Shown here: in pieces, positions 1-9,367 of the stretch
How the letters are laid out: each line of letters opens with the position of its first letter
Numbering within the stretch: position 1 is the stretch's first letter
IMG/VR virus record: IMGVR_UViG_3300045988_094011
Origin: a virus
DNA: 45,680 bases
Reading direction: 5' to 3' (one strand)
Translations under genes and position numbers: made by a program
The notes under the pieces: model-generated
The model's input: only the letters and a program-made list of their open reading frames with translations
What the model was told of the DNA's origin: nothing
The model's database searches: none

Positions 1-55
1 TAAATATAGCATAATATTGTCTAAAATAACTTATTCCTACAACTTGTTCTTCTGC
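1..55. repeat. 55-nt sequence identical to 45626..45680 (circular-assembly overlap or terminal duplication)
   Basis: Read directly: bases 1-55 (taaatatagcataatattgtc...gttcttctgc) recur exactly as the last 55 bases of the window. Confidence 0.95.
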
Positions 56-1720
56 CCCACCATTTCCTAAATATAAGTAATAATAGTTAGGAAAATATGT
101 AAATTCATCGTATTCACTAAAGAACATATAACCATGTCCTCCATAAAGAACTAATTGATTACCTACAAGTTTCATACGTTCGGAAGATAGTATTAACTTG
201 TGTATTTGGTTTATATCCGCTGTTTCATCAATAACACTTGATGTAGTGTTTAAATATGTTAAGAAAACATCGTCACCTAAAGTTATTTGAATTTCAAAAG
301 CTTGCTCACTATCCAAACCTGTACATTCAAAAATGTTAGTATTTGAATCCCATGTACCTGGTAAAGTTTTAAAAGGATTTGTAGTTGTGTCTGTGTCACC
401 CGTGTTAGGTCTATATTTTACAGCTAACGATGTTGCAGAACCTGTATAAATGATGTGTATATTAAAAGGGTCATTGTAAGGTACTTTACTTATGGGCTGT
501 ACACTTGTACTATCGCCTTTTTGTACACTACGACTATAGAATACCCCTTTTACTTTTGAGGTTGTACCCGTTGTTTGATAATAATTTAGAGGATTATATG
601 CAAGTACATTAAATCCTATTTGTGTAAGTTCTAAAGCTGTTGGCTTATACAAGTTTTCTTTGTCTAAGCCTATAACTTCAAAAATATCAACTTCATTAGG
701 ATAATTGGTTTTAGCTTGCTTTGTAGTTGGGTCTTGTTTTATCCTTATTATACAATTTTTACCTGTAGGCAAATAAGTGTATCCATTATATGAAACCATA
801 TCTAAAGAATGTAACATTTCTTTTGTATACTTCTTTGAAATTTCTTCATATTGAGAGTCAGCTATATAAATCTCTTCTCCTTCTTCTAAATTAGTGCCTA
901 ATACATTTGTTGAACGTCTTTTTAAATAATACCTATCAAGGCTGCTTGTTGCATTTGTTGGGTCAACACTGTCTAATTCCAAGGATATTGTGTACGTTAT
1001 AGATGATGTTGTTTGTATAGTTGGCTTAATTGTTATAGACATACGTGTCAACATCAAGCTCTCTACACCTACAGATGTATTTGGACCTATAACAACACTT
1101 CCATCTTTCTTTTTTATAATCATATTTTTTGAAGTATAACCTCCCAATAGGATTATACAAGAAAAGACAATACTGTCATTAGGTGCTCCAAATTCCTTAG
1201 TACCTGCAGCAACATCTTCATAAGATTTAAGAAATTCAAAAAAATTATTATTTTGTAAAGTTTGAAAACCTATAATATTCTTAGGTTGAAAATTACGTTT
1301 TTCATGCCAAGTCCATTCACCTTCTCCAACAGAAACAGAATAAGTATATTCTTCACCTGTTTTTATATTACCATCAATAAAACAATCATTAAAATCTTCT
1401 AGCCTTGTAGCCAGTGTTTCTGCACTTTCATTGAACTTATTTGAAATACCTTTAAAGTTTGAACCCCATGTACCATCGTGGTTACCTGTACTTCTTAAAA
1501 GTGTGGGTAACTTTTCTAAAAAAGAAGTAAGATTAGCATCATAAATCCCAGGTCTTTTGGATAACACCCCTTCCTTGGCATCGTAGAAGTTTTTTAATTC
1601 TTTAAATGTAGAATCAACAGCAACATCATCAGCTGTCCTTCTATCAATACCTTTATTGAAGTTGTTTATAACACTATATATTTTATTTGTTCCACCTTTA
1701 AGTGGTTGTGTAGTTGCCAT
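1..1720 (-). CDS. N-terminal ~573 codons of a ~930-aa large tail (nozzle/tubular-B-like) structural protein; continues across the circular junction into 44553..45625
   Basis: ATG at 1720-1718 overlaps the upstream stop (TAATG). The minus frame is open down to base 1 (MATTQPLKGGTNKIYSVINNFNKGIDRRTADD...). Base 1 equals 45626 and is in frame with the listed ORF 44553..45605, with no stop between them (..YYAIFTNKQIKRMTGTFG..). Function is inferred from size and position after the capsid/connector genes. Confidence 0.75.
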   Translation of the reverse strand, partial: MATTQPLKGGTNKIYSVINNFNKGIDRRTADDVAVDSTFKELKNFYDAKEGVLSKRPGIYDANLTSFLEKLPTLLRSTGNHDGTWGSNFKGISNKFNESAETLATRLEDFNDCFIDGNIKTGEEYTYSVSVGEGEWTWHEKRNFQPKNIIGFQTLQNNNFFEFLKSYEDVAAGTKEFGAPNDSIVFSCIILLGGYTSKNMIIKKKDGSVVIGPNTSVGVESLMLTRMSITIKPTIQTTSSITYTISLELDSVDPTNATSSLDRYYLKRRSTNVLGTNLEEGEEIYIADSQYEEISKKYTKEMLHSLDMVSYNGYTYLPTGKNCIIRIKQDPTTKQAKTNYPNEVDIFEVIGLDKENLYKPTALELTQIGFNVLAYNPLNYYQTTGTTSKVKGVFYSRSVQKGDSTSVQPISKVPYNDPFNIHIIYTGSATSLAVKYRPNTGDTDTTTNPFKTLPGTWDSNTNIFECTGLDSEQAFEIQITLGDDVFLTYLNTTSSVIDETADINQIHKLILSSERMKLVGNQLVLYGGHGYMFFSEYDEFTYFPNYYYLYLGNGGAEEQVVGISYFRQYYAIF

Positions 1721-2151
1721 TAAATCCACCCTCTCCAATGTATTGTTACATCAGTTGCATCAACAGGTACCATACGTGCAGAATTTCCACCATAACCTGT
1801 GTCTTCCCCTGTTTCTGGGTCAACTAATAATATTGCATTATCTAAGTTATCTTTAAACTCACTTATAGCTTGTAAGAATCTATTATAATGGAAATCTCTA
1901 TTATTAGTATCTGTGTCATTTGCAGCAATACTATATGCTAAATAAGGTTCCATAAGCCTTAAGCACCATGTTCCTAAAAGAGCTTTATAAGGTGTTTCGT
2001 CTAGATTAGCATCAATAAATAGTGGTAAATTAGTAGAGCATTTAGAATTAACTTCTGCAATACCTGTATTTGCCATACCCACAATGTTTTCATCATTTAA
2101 TTCTTCATCTGTGACATAGTTAGAGTTCTGAACAATATCATTTAATATCAT
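1720..2151 (-). CDS. Head-tail connector/adaptor-like protein (143 aa from the SD-supported start)
   Basis: AAGGAGG lies 8 nt upstream of the ATG at 2151 (MILNDIVQNSNYVTDEELNDENIVGMANTGIAEVN, resembling the gp6-like connector N-terminal pattern). The longer listed start at 2187 falls inside a terminator hairpin. It sits between the capsid and tail genes. Confidence 0.5.
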   Translation of the reverse strand: MILNDIVQNSNYVTDEELNDENIVGMANTGIAEVNSKCSTNLPLFIDANLDETPYKALLGTWCLRLMEPYLAYSIAANDTDTNNRDFHYNRFLQAISEFKDNLDNAILLVDPETGEDTGYGGNSARMVPVDATDVTIHWRGWI

Positions 2152-2167
2152 ATTTATAACCTCCTTT

Positions 2168-2198
2168 AAAAAATAAAGGCTATCCAAAGATAGCCTTT
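2168..2198 (-). terminator. Rho-independent terminator/attenuator after the capsid-proximal genes
   Basis: 10-bp perfect stem AAAGGCTATC / GATAGCCTTT (2175-2184 / 2189-2198) with loop CAAA, followed on the minus strand by ATTTTTT. Confidence 0.7.
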
Positions 2199-2200
2199 TA

Positions 2201-2545
2201 TTATCCTACATATTCCATACCAAGATAGTCTTGTTTTTTAGTAGTGTTTCTATGTTTTTTATCCAAAGTTGCTAAAGCTTTCTTTTCAATTTTTGCTCGT
2301 ACATAATCAGCTATAAAATCTGGAAGCTCTACAGTTCTACCGTCAAATATCAAAAATATGTAAATACCTTGACATGTTGACTCGAAACCATTTGGATATA
2401 AAGCATTATATGCTACCTCACATTTAAATGGTACTCTTTTATTTTTTACCAAATTTGTGTTTTCCTTCATAGCCTTAGAAGCTAATTCAGCATCACTTAT
2501 TTTACTATCTTTAAATACTGCTTTTGTAGTATTAACAGTTGCCAT
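2201..2545 (-). CDS. Hypothetical 114-aa protein downstream of the capsid gene (possible head-associated protein)
   Basis: ORF with an SD (GGAGGAAT) and tight spacing in the structural operon. No motif recognised. Confidence 0.6.
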   Translation of the reverse strand: MATVNTTKAVFKDSKISDAELASKAMKENTNLVKNKRVPFKCEVAYNALYPNGFESTCQGIYIFLIFDGRTVELPDFIADYVRAKIEKKALATLDKKHRNTTKKQDYLGMEYVG

Positions 2546-2574
2546 ATTAATTCCTCCTTAAATTTTTCAAGTTA

Positions 2575-3735
2575 CTAAGCTTGTGAAGCATAAATATCAG
2601 ATGGTCTTGTTAATGGATGTGCAACAGCATGACTAACAATTGTACATGCAACTGGGTCTAATACTTGTGCACCAAATCCCATTGTAATCCATCCTAATGA
2701 AGCAATTTGTCCTAGGTTATCACCTTTCTTAGCTTCAAAACCAAATCTCTTCATTTCAATACCTGCTGATGATAAGTCCATAACAGCATATGCATTTTCA
2801 CCAAATACATAAGTATGGTAAACAGCAACAGATGTATCTACTTCATAATAATTACTTGTTGATGGGTTTCCAGTTGGACTAGATACTGGTGTATATTTAT
2901 AATCAGCTGCAGAAGAACCTGTTCTAGTGTAATATGTTTTACCTGCTTGAACAGATGTATCTGTACTTGCTTTATATGTATTAACTTCCTCAATTACAGG
3001 GTAGTTATATTCCATAAATCTTAAATTATAAACATCATAACTTTCTAATCCATTATCCATAATAGGTTTGTTTGTTTGTCCTGGAACCATAGCTCTTTTT
3101 AATAGAGTTTCATCGTCTAATAAGTCTTGCATACCTTCTGTAGAAGTAACAACAAGATATTTACTAAATCCTGCTTTTCTATGTCCTCTTCTACGAGATA
3201 CCTTCATTTGATTAGCTACTAATCTACAAACATCTAAAGTTAAAATGTTAGTAGACTTAATACTTGTAGCTGTTGGTGTAGCACCTGCATCAACTACATA
3301 GTAAGTACCACCATCTTCTTCGATAGCATCTCTTGTAACTAATTCTAATGTTTCTCCTGCATGACTTACGATTAATGGTCCATATTCAACTAATAATTGG
3401 TCTAAGTTGTATGTTTCAACTTGTCTAGTAACTTCGATATAAGCACCATAAACTGCTACAGTTCCTGTAACTGTTCTAGCACCTACTTTTAATCCTTCAG
3501 GGTTAACACCTTCTGTGATAACGTGTCTGTTATCAGCTACTGGAAGTGGTTTATAACCTCTCCATTGTACTGTGTTAGTACCTTTATTTCTTTGAACTTT
3601 TTGTTTTTCACCAATGTTGTATAACACATGGTCTGACATATTGTAAGCTAGTGCTCTTAATAAGACATTATTGTCAATTTTGGCATTTTGTAAACCAGAA
3701 GCACTTGCTCTAACTGTTGTTAAAGTATTTAACAT
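2575..3735 (-). CDS. Major capsid protein (HK97-fold; pattern reminiscent of N4 gp56-type capsid proteins)
   Basis: 386 aa from the ATG at 3735 (GAGGAG 9 nt upstream). Contains the segment ..ITEGVNPEGLKVGARTVTGTVAVYGAYIEVTRQV.., typical of this capsid family as I remember it. It lies immediately downstream of an acidic scaffold gene. Confidence 0.75.
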   Translation of the reverse strand: MLNTLTTVRASASGLQNAKIDNNVLLRALAYNMSDHVLYNIGEKQKVQRNKGTNTVQWRGYKPLPVADNRHVITEGVNPEGLKVGARTVTGTVAVYGAYIEVTRQVETYNLDQLLVEYGPLIVSHAGETLELVTRDAIEEDGGTYYVVDAGATPTATSIKSTNILTLDVCRLVANQMKVSRRRGHRKAGFSKYLVVTSTEGMQDLLDDETLLKRAMVPGQTNKPIMDNGLESYDVYNLRFMEYNYPVIEEVNTYKASTDTSVQAGKTYYTRTGSSAADYKYTPVSSPTGNPSTSNYYEVDTSVAVYHTYVFGENAYAVMDLSSAGIEMKRFGFEAKKGDNLGQIASLGWITMGFGAQVLDPVACTIVSHAVAHPLTRPSDIYASQA

Positions 3736-3756
3736 AATAATCAACTCCTCTATTTA

Positions 3757-4509
3757 TTAAAATTTACCTGCTAATTGTTTAGCTAAGGTATCTATTTCTT
3801 TGTTTAAAGATTTTGTATCAATTTTTGAAGATTGATTAATAGGTAACTCTTTTCTGATAGTATTTTTTCTTTCCAAATTCTTTTGATAATTAGTACCAAC
3901 GTAGGCACCTAGGATTCTATTTAGAGCTGCTTTAGGCATAGCCATAAGTGAGTCTAATTCAAATCCATCTTTCTCTAAATCTTGGCTTAATTTATCTACT
4001 GCTTGTTCTGATAATTGATTAGCATTAACGAACTCTTGCAGATTAGATACAAAATTTCTTGTTTTCAATTCTGTTGCTGATTGTTCTCTCTCAGCAATGA
4101 TTGAATCTTTTAAATTTCTCATTTCCTCAAGTTCTTGTGCAACTTCTAAAGGTATTCCTTTCTTAGTTGCTTCTCTTTTTACTTGAGCTTCTTTAGCTTT
4201 TTTAATAAACTCATCAGCATCTTTCATACCAAGTTGTTTAGCTAAATCATCGAACTCTTGTAATTTGTTTTGATACTCCTTATTTTGAGTTCTCATTTGA
4301 GCAAAAGCATTGTTTGTAGGCTCACTAGGTGGGTTATCTACATTCTCTTCATCTGCTCCATTATCTGCGTCATCAACAATTTGTTCCTCATCTGACATAT
4401 CATCATCTGTTAAATCAAATGTGTGGTCAAAATCTTCTGATTCTGCAGGGTTGTCAGTATCATCAACAGCTGTACCATCTGTCAATAATTCTTCAAATAC
4501 ATTTTCCAT
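3757..4509 (-). CDS. Scaffolding protein
   Basis: 250 aa with a strongly acidic N-terminus (D/E-rich) followed by a predicted coiled coil. Located directly upstream of the capsid gene. Confidence 0.65.
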   Translation of the reverse strand: MENVFEELLTDGTAVDDTDNPAESEDFDHTFDLTDDDMSDEEQIVDDADNGADEENVDNPPSEPTNNAFAQMRTQNKEYQNKLQEFDDLAKQLGMKDADEFIKKAKEAQVKREATKKGIPLEVAQELEEMRNLKDSIIAEREQSATELKTRNFVSNLQEFVNANQLSEQAVDKLSQDLEKDGFELDSLMAMPKAALNRILGAYVGTNYQKNLERKNTIRKELPINQSSKIDTKSLNKEIDTLAKQLAGKF

Positions 4510-4620
4510 ATTATACCTTCCTTTCTCGCTCTTCTTTTATGTCTTTTCGGTCAGACCATAGTATTATGGGAGTTAGTATCATAACTCTATGTATAATTTA
4601 TCATATTTTAGCTAAAAAGT

Positions 4621-4655
4621 CAAATAAAAATAGTGTATTAATTACACTATTTTAT
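4621..4655. terminator. Bidirectional-looking rho-independent terminator overlapping the endolysin stop codon
   Basis: 8-bp stem ATAGTGTA / TACACTAT (4630-4637 / 4643-4650) with loop TTAAT, an A-run on one side and a T-run on the other. Confidence 0.65.
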
Positions 4656-5546
4656 AATGGCTCCAGTTGATGGTGCAACATATATTTGAACTTTGCCAAA
4701 GTCTCTTGTTTCAATAACAGCTGTGTTTTTAGTAGTCCAATCTAGAATATCATATGTAAGACCACCAAACTTGCTAGGCAATAATTTACCACATTCATTA
4801 CCAACAACAGGTTGCTTGTCCATAGGATAAACATTCCATGATTTTGCAGAAGCTGGTAAATATAATGTTTGTTTAGCAGCAGGTGTTGGTTCTGGCGTAT
4901 CTGATGTTTTAGAATATCCATTTAATCCTGCATTTTTCATAATTGTAGGATAATCTTTATATGCAATGTTTGCATCTAAATAACCATTATATCCATTTAT
5001 TTTACTTTTAGAAGTAAATTGCCACATACCATATGATTTAACATAACCTGGTTTTGCACCATAGATAGCAACCCATTTGTCGTAAGCATCTAAATCAGAT
5101 AAGTTCATCTTTTCTTTAAATCCACTTATATCACTTCCATATACACCCACATAATAGCCTTTGTTTTCAAGTGTTTCACAAAAACCTTTAACAGCTTCTG
5201 TAACACCTGCTTTATTACCAACTTGATGATGTGTATCCTCAACATCTATGTAGATAGGGTATTCAAATTGTTTTCCTTTTAAACAATTATCATACATATA
5301 ATTGGCTTCTGCAACACCTTTATCGTAAGTGTTAGCACAACTATACCAATAAGCTCCTACAGGAATGCCTGTGTCTTTTGCTTGTTTATAAAATGTTTCA
5401 AAGCATTCATCAACGTTATAGCTTACACCTGTTCCCCATCCAGTGAAACCTGCTCTTACTATTAAAAATTCAACTCCTGCATTTTTAATAGCATTAAAAC
5501 TAATTCCTTTTTGATATGCTGAAATATCTAAACCATTTCTTTCCAT
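4647..5546 (-). CDS. Endolysin: N-terminal GH25 muramidase plus C-terminal SH3b-like cell-wall-binding domain
   Basis: N-terminus GLDISAYQKGISFNAIKNAGVEFLIVRAG.. with the later YIDVED segment matches the GH25 lysozyme pattern. The C-terminal ~70 aa look SH3b-like. Adjacent to the holin. Confidence 0.85.
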   Translation of the reverse strand: MERNGLDISAYQKGISFNAIKNAGVEFLIVRAGFTGWGTGVSYNVDECFETFYKQAKDTGIPVGAYWYSCANTYDKGVAEANYMYDNCLKGKQFEYPIYIDVEDTHHQVGNKAGVTEAVKGFCETLENKGYYVGVYGSDISGFKEKMNLSDLDAYDKWVAIYGAKPGYVKSYGMWQFTSKSKINGYNGYLDANIAYKDYPTIMKNAGLNGYSKTSDTPEPTPAAKQTLYLPASAKSWNVYPMDKQPVVGNECGKLLPSKFGGLTYDILDWTTKNTAVIETRDFGKVQIYVAPSTGAIIK

Positions 5547-5548
5547 AA

Positions 5549-5755
5549 TTACTCTCCTTTTTCTTTATTATATTTAACATTAGACAAACCAGTTACAGTA
5601 CCTACAAAAGTTGTTATAGCACTTATTGTAAGTATTATAATTTCAGTATTAAAATTATATATTTTTCCTAAAGAACCTATTAATGTTATCAAAGCTGGAA
5701 TAAATATAAATAAACTATACTTTATTCTGTCATAAGTTTTATCTTTCATTTTCAT
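5549..5755 (-). CDS. Holin (phiLC3-family-like, two transmembrane segments)
   Basis: 68 aa with two hydrophobic helices (YSLFIFIPALITLIGSL and IIILTISAITTFVGTVTGL) and a charged C-terminus. Located immediately upstream of the endolysin. Confidence 0.75.
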   Translation of the reverse strand: MKMKDKTYDRIKYSLFIFIPALITLIGSLGKIYNFNTEIIILTISAITTFVGTVTGLSNVKYNKEKGE

Positions 5756-5774
5756 ACCTTACACCTCCTCTTAT

Positions 5775-6230
5775 TTATAACTCTTCTAGGGTTATTTTTA
5801 TATTATTAAATTCATCTGGGCTTATAGCTGTTCCATCTTTCTTTGTTAGATTAAATGTAATATGTGTGGTATTGCTTGGTGTATCAAACGTATTGTTGTA
5901 CACACCATTTAAGTAAGCATAATTAATGTATGAATTATCAGTACCATAATAAAGAATACCGCCATCAAGATTATTTATAAAACTTTTGTTATTTATAGTA
6001 ATACGATAATGTGTATCAGGTAAAACTTCAAGTTTATGAAGAGAGCACACATAGTTTGTACCAGGTGTAAATGAACCATCTTTATAAGCATAAAGACCAT
6101 TTATTAACTGCCCATCAAAAACATTTTGAAGTGCTTTATATACTAATGTATTCCCTTTATAAATTTTTGCTATCTTGATATTACCTTTGTATACATCTCC
6201 TATTTTCTCAGAATTTTTATAGATTGCCAT
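5775..6230 (-). CDS. Hypothetical 151-aa protein, possible fibre/receptor-binding accessory
   Basis: ORF following the collagen-like fibre gene. The N-terminus has a short repeat (VYKGNIKIAKIYKGNTLVYK). Confidence 0.45.
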   Translation of the reverse strand: MAIYKNSEKIGDVYKGNIKIAKIYKGNTLVYKALQNVFDGQLINGLYAYKDGSFTPGTNYVCSLHKLEVLPDTHYRITINNKSFINNLDGGILYYGTDNSYINYAYLNGVYNNTFDTPSNTTHITFNLTKKDGTAISPDEFNNIKITLEEL

Positions 6231-6233
6231 ATT

Positions 6234-7142
6234 TTATTCCTCTTCTTTTATAAAATAATAAACATTTACATTTTTTGTTGTTAATGCGTCATATTCTGTC
6301 TTTGTTAATACAACATTACGTCCATCTACATATGCTTTATTAGCAGCATCTGTATTATCTGTAGGAGTTGGAACTGTACAACTATTTAAAACTTCAACAT
6401 GGTCTAAAACAGCATCACCAGTTACTATAGCATTTTCTATATGAGCTGTACCAGTAAATGTGGCATCATCAAAGGAACCTGTGCTGCCTGCTGATATTTC
6501 AAGCACTCCATCTTTTTCTTTAATGGATACATTGTCACCAGCTTCAATTTTTATTGCATTTTTACCATTGATTTTGGCATCTTTTCCATCAAAACCTGTA
6601 AATCCTTGAGGACCCCTTGGTAGTGTTAAATCTAAATAAGTAATTTCATTCTTTTCTCTTAATGATGCTAGAGCTCCTCCATACTCAGGTGAAACTTCAA
6701 TTTTACCTATTTTTAACTTTATATCTTTACCATCTCTACCATTTATACCTTGTCTACCGTCCTTTCCAGGTTTACCTTCAGGTCCTCTTTCTCCTTTAGG
6801 TCCTTGTTTTCCATCTTTACCATCTTTTCCAGGTTTACCTTCAGGTCCTCTTTCTCCTTTAGGTCCAGTTTCACCTTTAGGACCAGGAGCACCATCTTTA
6901 CCTTCGGCTTTAATACCTAGTGGTCTACCATTGTAACACCACTCTCCATCAATTATCGAATAATGTTCCAAGTCTGCCATAGTACTTACTAATAATTTCT
7001 GAAAATTAAAATCATCAGGCTTCTTATTTGTAAATTCTTCTAAAGCTTCTGTAAGTTCTTTTATAGATTCATTTACAGAAGCCTCAAAAGAGTCTTGCTT
7101 TTTCTTTAGTTGTGCAATCGCTTTTATAATTCTATCGTTCAT
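6234..7142 (-). CDS. Collagen-like (Gly-X-Y) repeat fibre protein
   Basis: About 60 residues of uninterrupted G-X-Y (GKDGAPGPKGETGPKGERGPEGKPGKDGKDGKQGPKGERGPEGKPGKDGRQGINGRDGKD). AGGAGG lies 8 nt upstream of the ATG at 7142; the listed GTG at 7151 sits in the SD. Confidence 0.8.
   Translation of the reverse strand: MNDRIIKAIAQLKKKQDSFEASVNESIKELTEALEEFTNKKPDDFNFQKLLVSTMADLEHYSIIDGEWCYNGRPLGIKAEGKDGAPGPKGETGPKGERGPEGKPGKDGKDGKQGPKGERGPEGKPGKDGRQGINGRDGKDIKLKIGKIEVSPEYGGALASLREKNEITYLDLTLPRGPQGFTGFDGKDAKINGKNAIKIEAGDNVSIKEKDGVLEISAGSTGSFDDATFTGTAHIENAIVTGDAVLDHVEVLNSCTVPTPTDNTDAANKAYVDGRNVVLTKTEYDALTTKNVNVYYFIKEEE
6766..6866. repeat. Internal tandem duplication in the collagen-like gene (38-nt identical cores, 63-nt period)
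   Basis: ccaggtttaccttcaggtcctctttctcctttaggtcc occurs at 6766-6803 and again at 6829-6866. It encodes the duplicated GPKGERGPEGKPGKDG unit. Confidence 0.9.
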
Positions 7143-7154
7143 GTGAAACACCTC

Positions 7155-9182
7155 CTAAAGACCTAAAGCACTTAGAGCAGCATTAGCATCTTGATTGTCA
7201 TTTATAGATTGTAGACGTTCTGTAAGCTGTCCTTCTAAAGCATTGTTTTGTTCATTTACATTATTAATAGCATTTTGTTGCCCTTGTGCAGCTAAAGCAT
7301 TCTTCATCTCTGTGATTTGTGTTTGATATTCTTTATATGTATTAAAGATATTTTCAACAGTTGTTAAGTCACCATCATCATTTAATACATCTATGATACC
7401 TTGTTGCATTTCTTCTGCTGTTATTAGAGGTTGTCCATTTGGTGTAATTGTACCACCTATATTCATAATTTGAACAATCATATCAGCTTTTTCATTAAAT
7501 GCTTCTTCTGTCATATCGCTAAATCTCTTAAACATTTCATCATAGTTGTCTAATTGAGCAGCTTTAACTAAATCAGGTATATTAATAACTCTATTTGTAT
7601 CTTTGTATTGATTTTGAATAGTATATAAATCTTTCATTAAGTTATATTGTCTATTCTTATCAGATTTACTACGTCCTGCTAATTTAACTGTAAAGTCATA
7701 ATTAATAGTTTCATAAGTATCTTTCATGAAAAATTGCTTAAATGTATATTCACCTTGTTCAGTCTTTTTGGTATCTCTTATATAAATTGTTTGATTTTTA
7801 TAATATCTAGTCATAAATCTAATAATCATACGAGATAGTTTCTCAACATATTTCTCAATTTGTTTAAGAACAGGATTATCTATAACAGTGGCTCTATTAA
7901 CAGCTGTATTAGTACCTTCTGCTGTCGAACCTGCTGTTCCTATATTACCTATATAAGTTTGTGAAATACCTGAATAAGTCTGGATATTATCAACGAAGCT
8001 ATTTTTAATACCTATTAATTGTTCATTTACATCTGGATAATCCATTTGCTTAATAGCTTTTGAAGCATCCCCAGATACTTTCCATACCATACCAACAGCA
8101 TTAGCAAGTTTTGCGACTTTATTAATATCTAATCCACTTTCTTCACTTACTATCCACGTAGGTGTTGAGTAGTGCATAGCAACATTATTAGCAGCACTCT
8201 CAATTAAGTTGGCTACTTTTTGAGGAGTAGTAAGTCCTCTTATTAGAGGTATACCATATGGACTTTGTGGAATAGGTTGCCATTGAAATGGAATTATAGG
8301 GAATTCATCAAATGGATATTCTTCGTCTGTGTCTAAAAGCATATCAGAAATTAAATAATGTATCTTTATATGTGTTACTTTAATTGTTTCTTTTTGTGTT
8401 TCTCCTGTTTCCTTGTCAATAATGACAGGATTTCCATTATCGTCAATAACATCAATGTCCATATCTTCTACATATTTTCTATATACTGTATCAAGAGTAT
8501 ATTCTTCAGCAGAACTTTTTGTATAATCACGTCCTATATAGATATTTCCGTTCTCATTACTAGTATATCCAGCAGGTTTAATTTGTCTTTCTTTTATTTT
8601 ATCTAACCAATCAGGTCTATTTCTCTTTATCCAGTTCTTTGACTTTTGAGATTTTACTACAATATATTCACACTCATCAATGTTTTCAGCTTTTGGGTCT
8701 AAATATACATTACTTGTACTCAAATCCCTAAGAACTATAGAACCTTCTCTACGAGTTCCTGTTCCACCAAAGATAGCACCTTCATCAAATGTTATTTCAG
8801 TGTAACCATTGTCTTGTAAGCATCCATTTTTAACAGCTGCTTCAACTCTATCATCTGCATTAAGTCTAGACCATTCATTTCTATACAAATTGTTTAAAGT
8901 ATTTATAGAATCTATGTCATTTGGACTCAAAGGTTCTAATTCACCATAGTAGCTTTCAGCAAATAAACTACCTAGTCGTAAATCAACGGCATTTTTTAAG
9001 TGATTTATGTCACTTTTTAACATAAATGGAGAATTATCTTTATTTTCGGCTAGGTTCCATTGTAAACCTTCATAGTGTGCCATATTTGTAAGATATTCTT
9101 CATCTCTGTTGCTACTTCTAAAGTCAACAGCTTCATTAATAAGCTTAATTAACTGTTGTTCTAATTTGTTTTCTTCTTCCAT
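7155..9182 (-). CDS. Portal protein
   Basis: 675 aa, positioned after terL, with a Q/N-rich C-terminal coiled tail. The call rests on size and synteny. Confidence 0.7.
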   Translation of the reverse strand: MEEENKLEQQLIKLINEAVDFRSSNRDEEYLTNMAHYEGLQWNLAENKDNSPFMLKSDINHLKNAVDLRLGSLFAESYYGELEPLSPNDIDSINTLNNLYRNEWSRLNADDRVEAAVKNGCLQDNGYTEITFDEGAIFGGTGTRREGSIVLRDLSTSNVYLDPKAENIDECEYIVVKSQKSKNWIKRNRPDWLDKIKERQIKPAGYTSNENGNIYIGRDYTKSSAEEYTLDTVYRKYVEDMDIDVIDDNGNPVIIDKETGETQKETIKVTHIKIHYLISDMLLDTDEEYPFDEFPIIPFQWQPIPQSPYGIPLIRGLTTPQKVANLIESAANNVAMHYSTPTWIVSEESGLDINKVAKLANAVGMVWKVSGDASKAIKQMDYPDVNEQLIGIKNSFVDNIQTYSGISQTYIGNIGTAGSTAEGTNTAVNRATVIDNPVLKQIEKYVEKLSRMIIRFMTRYYKNQTIYIRDTKKTEQGEYTFKQFFMKDTYETINYDFTVKLAGRSKSDKNRQYNLMKDLYTIQNQYKDTNRVINIPDLVKAAQLDNYDEMFKRFSDMTEEAFNEKADMIVQIMNIGGTITPNGQPLITAEEMQQGIIDVLNDDGDLTTVENIFNTYKEYQTQITEMKNALAAQGQQNAINNVNEQNNALEGQLTERLQSINDNQDANAALSALGL

Positions 9183-9196
9183 ATTTCATCACCTTT

Positions 9197-9367
9197 CTAC
9201 TTCTTATCTGTTTCTAAAATATCATTAATATAGTCTAATTGATAATCAGGAACACCCAGTATTGAATAATTTTTTGTGTCTTTTTTCTTTTCTGTAGTTT
9301 GTAATAATTTTTCAATCTTTTCTTGATTTTTAATCAACCATTTTAACTTTCTAAAAAATTTTAGCAT
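9197..9367 (-). CDS. Small 56-aa ORF between terL and portal (below the ORF-track cutoff)
   Basis: The ATG at 9367-9365 overlaps the terL stop (ATGCTAA). It reads MLKFFRKLKWLIKNQEKIEKLLQTTEKKKDTKNYSILGVPDYQLDYINDILETDKK and ends with TAG at 9199-9197, just before the portal SD. Confidence 0.45.
   Translation of the reverse strand: MLKFFRKLKWLIKNQEKIEKLLQTTEKKKDTKNYSILGVPDYQLDYINDILETDKK

Noticed and set aside
4310-4670. Plus-strand ORFs 4310-4561 and 4329-4670 overlapping the scaffold gene and its leader
   Set aside because: They are antisense to the scaffold CDS and cross a terminator. There are no translation signals and the composition is that of a shadow frame.
6234-7142. Diversity-generating retroelement or other targeted hypervariation acting on the fibre genes
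   Set aside because: No reverse transcriptase ORF and no template/variable repeat pair with adenine-specific differences is present anywhere in the window. The repeats seen are simple in-frame collagen duplications.
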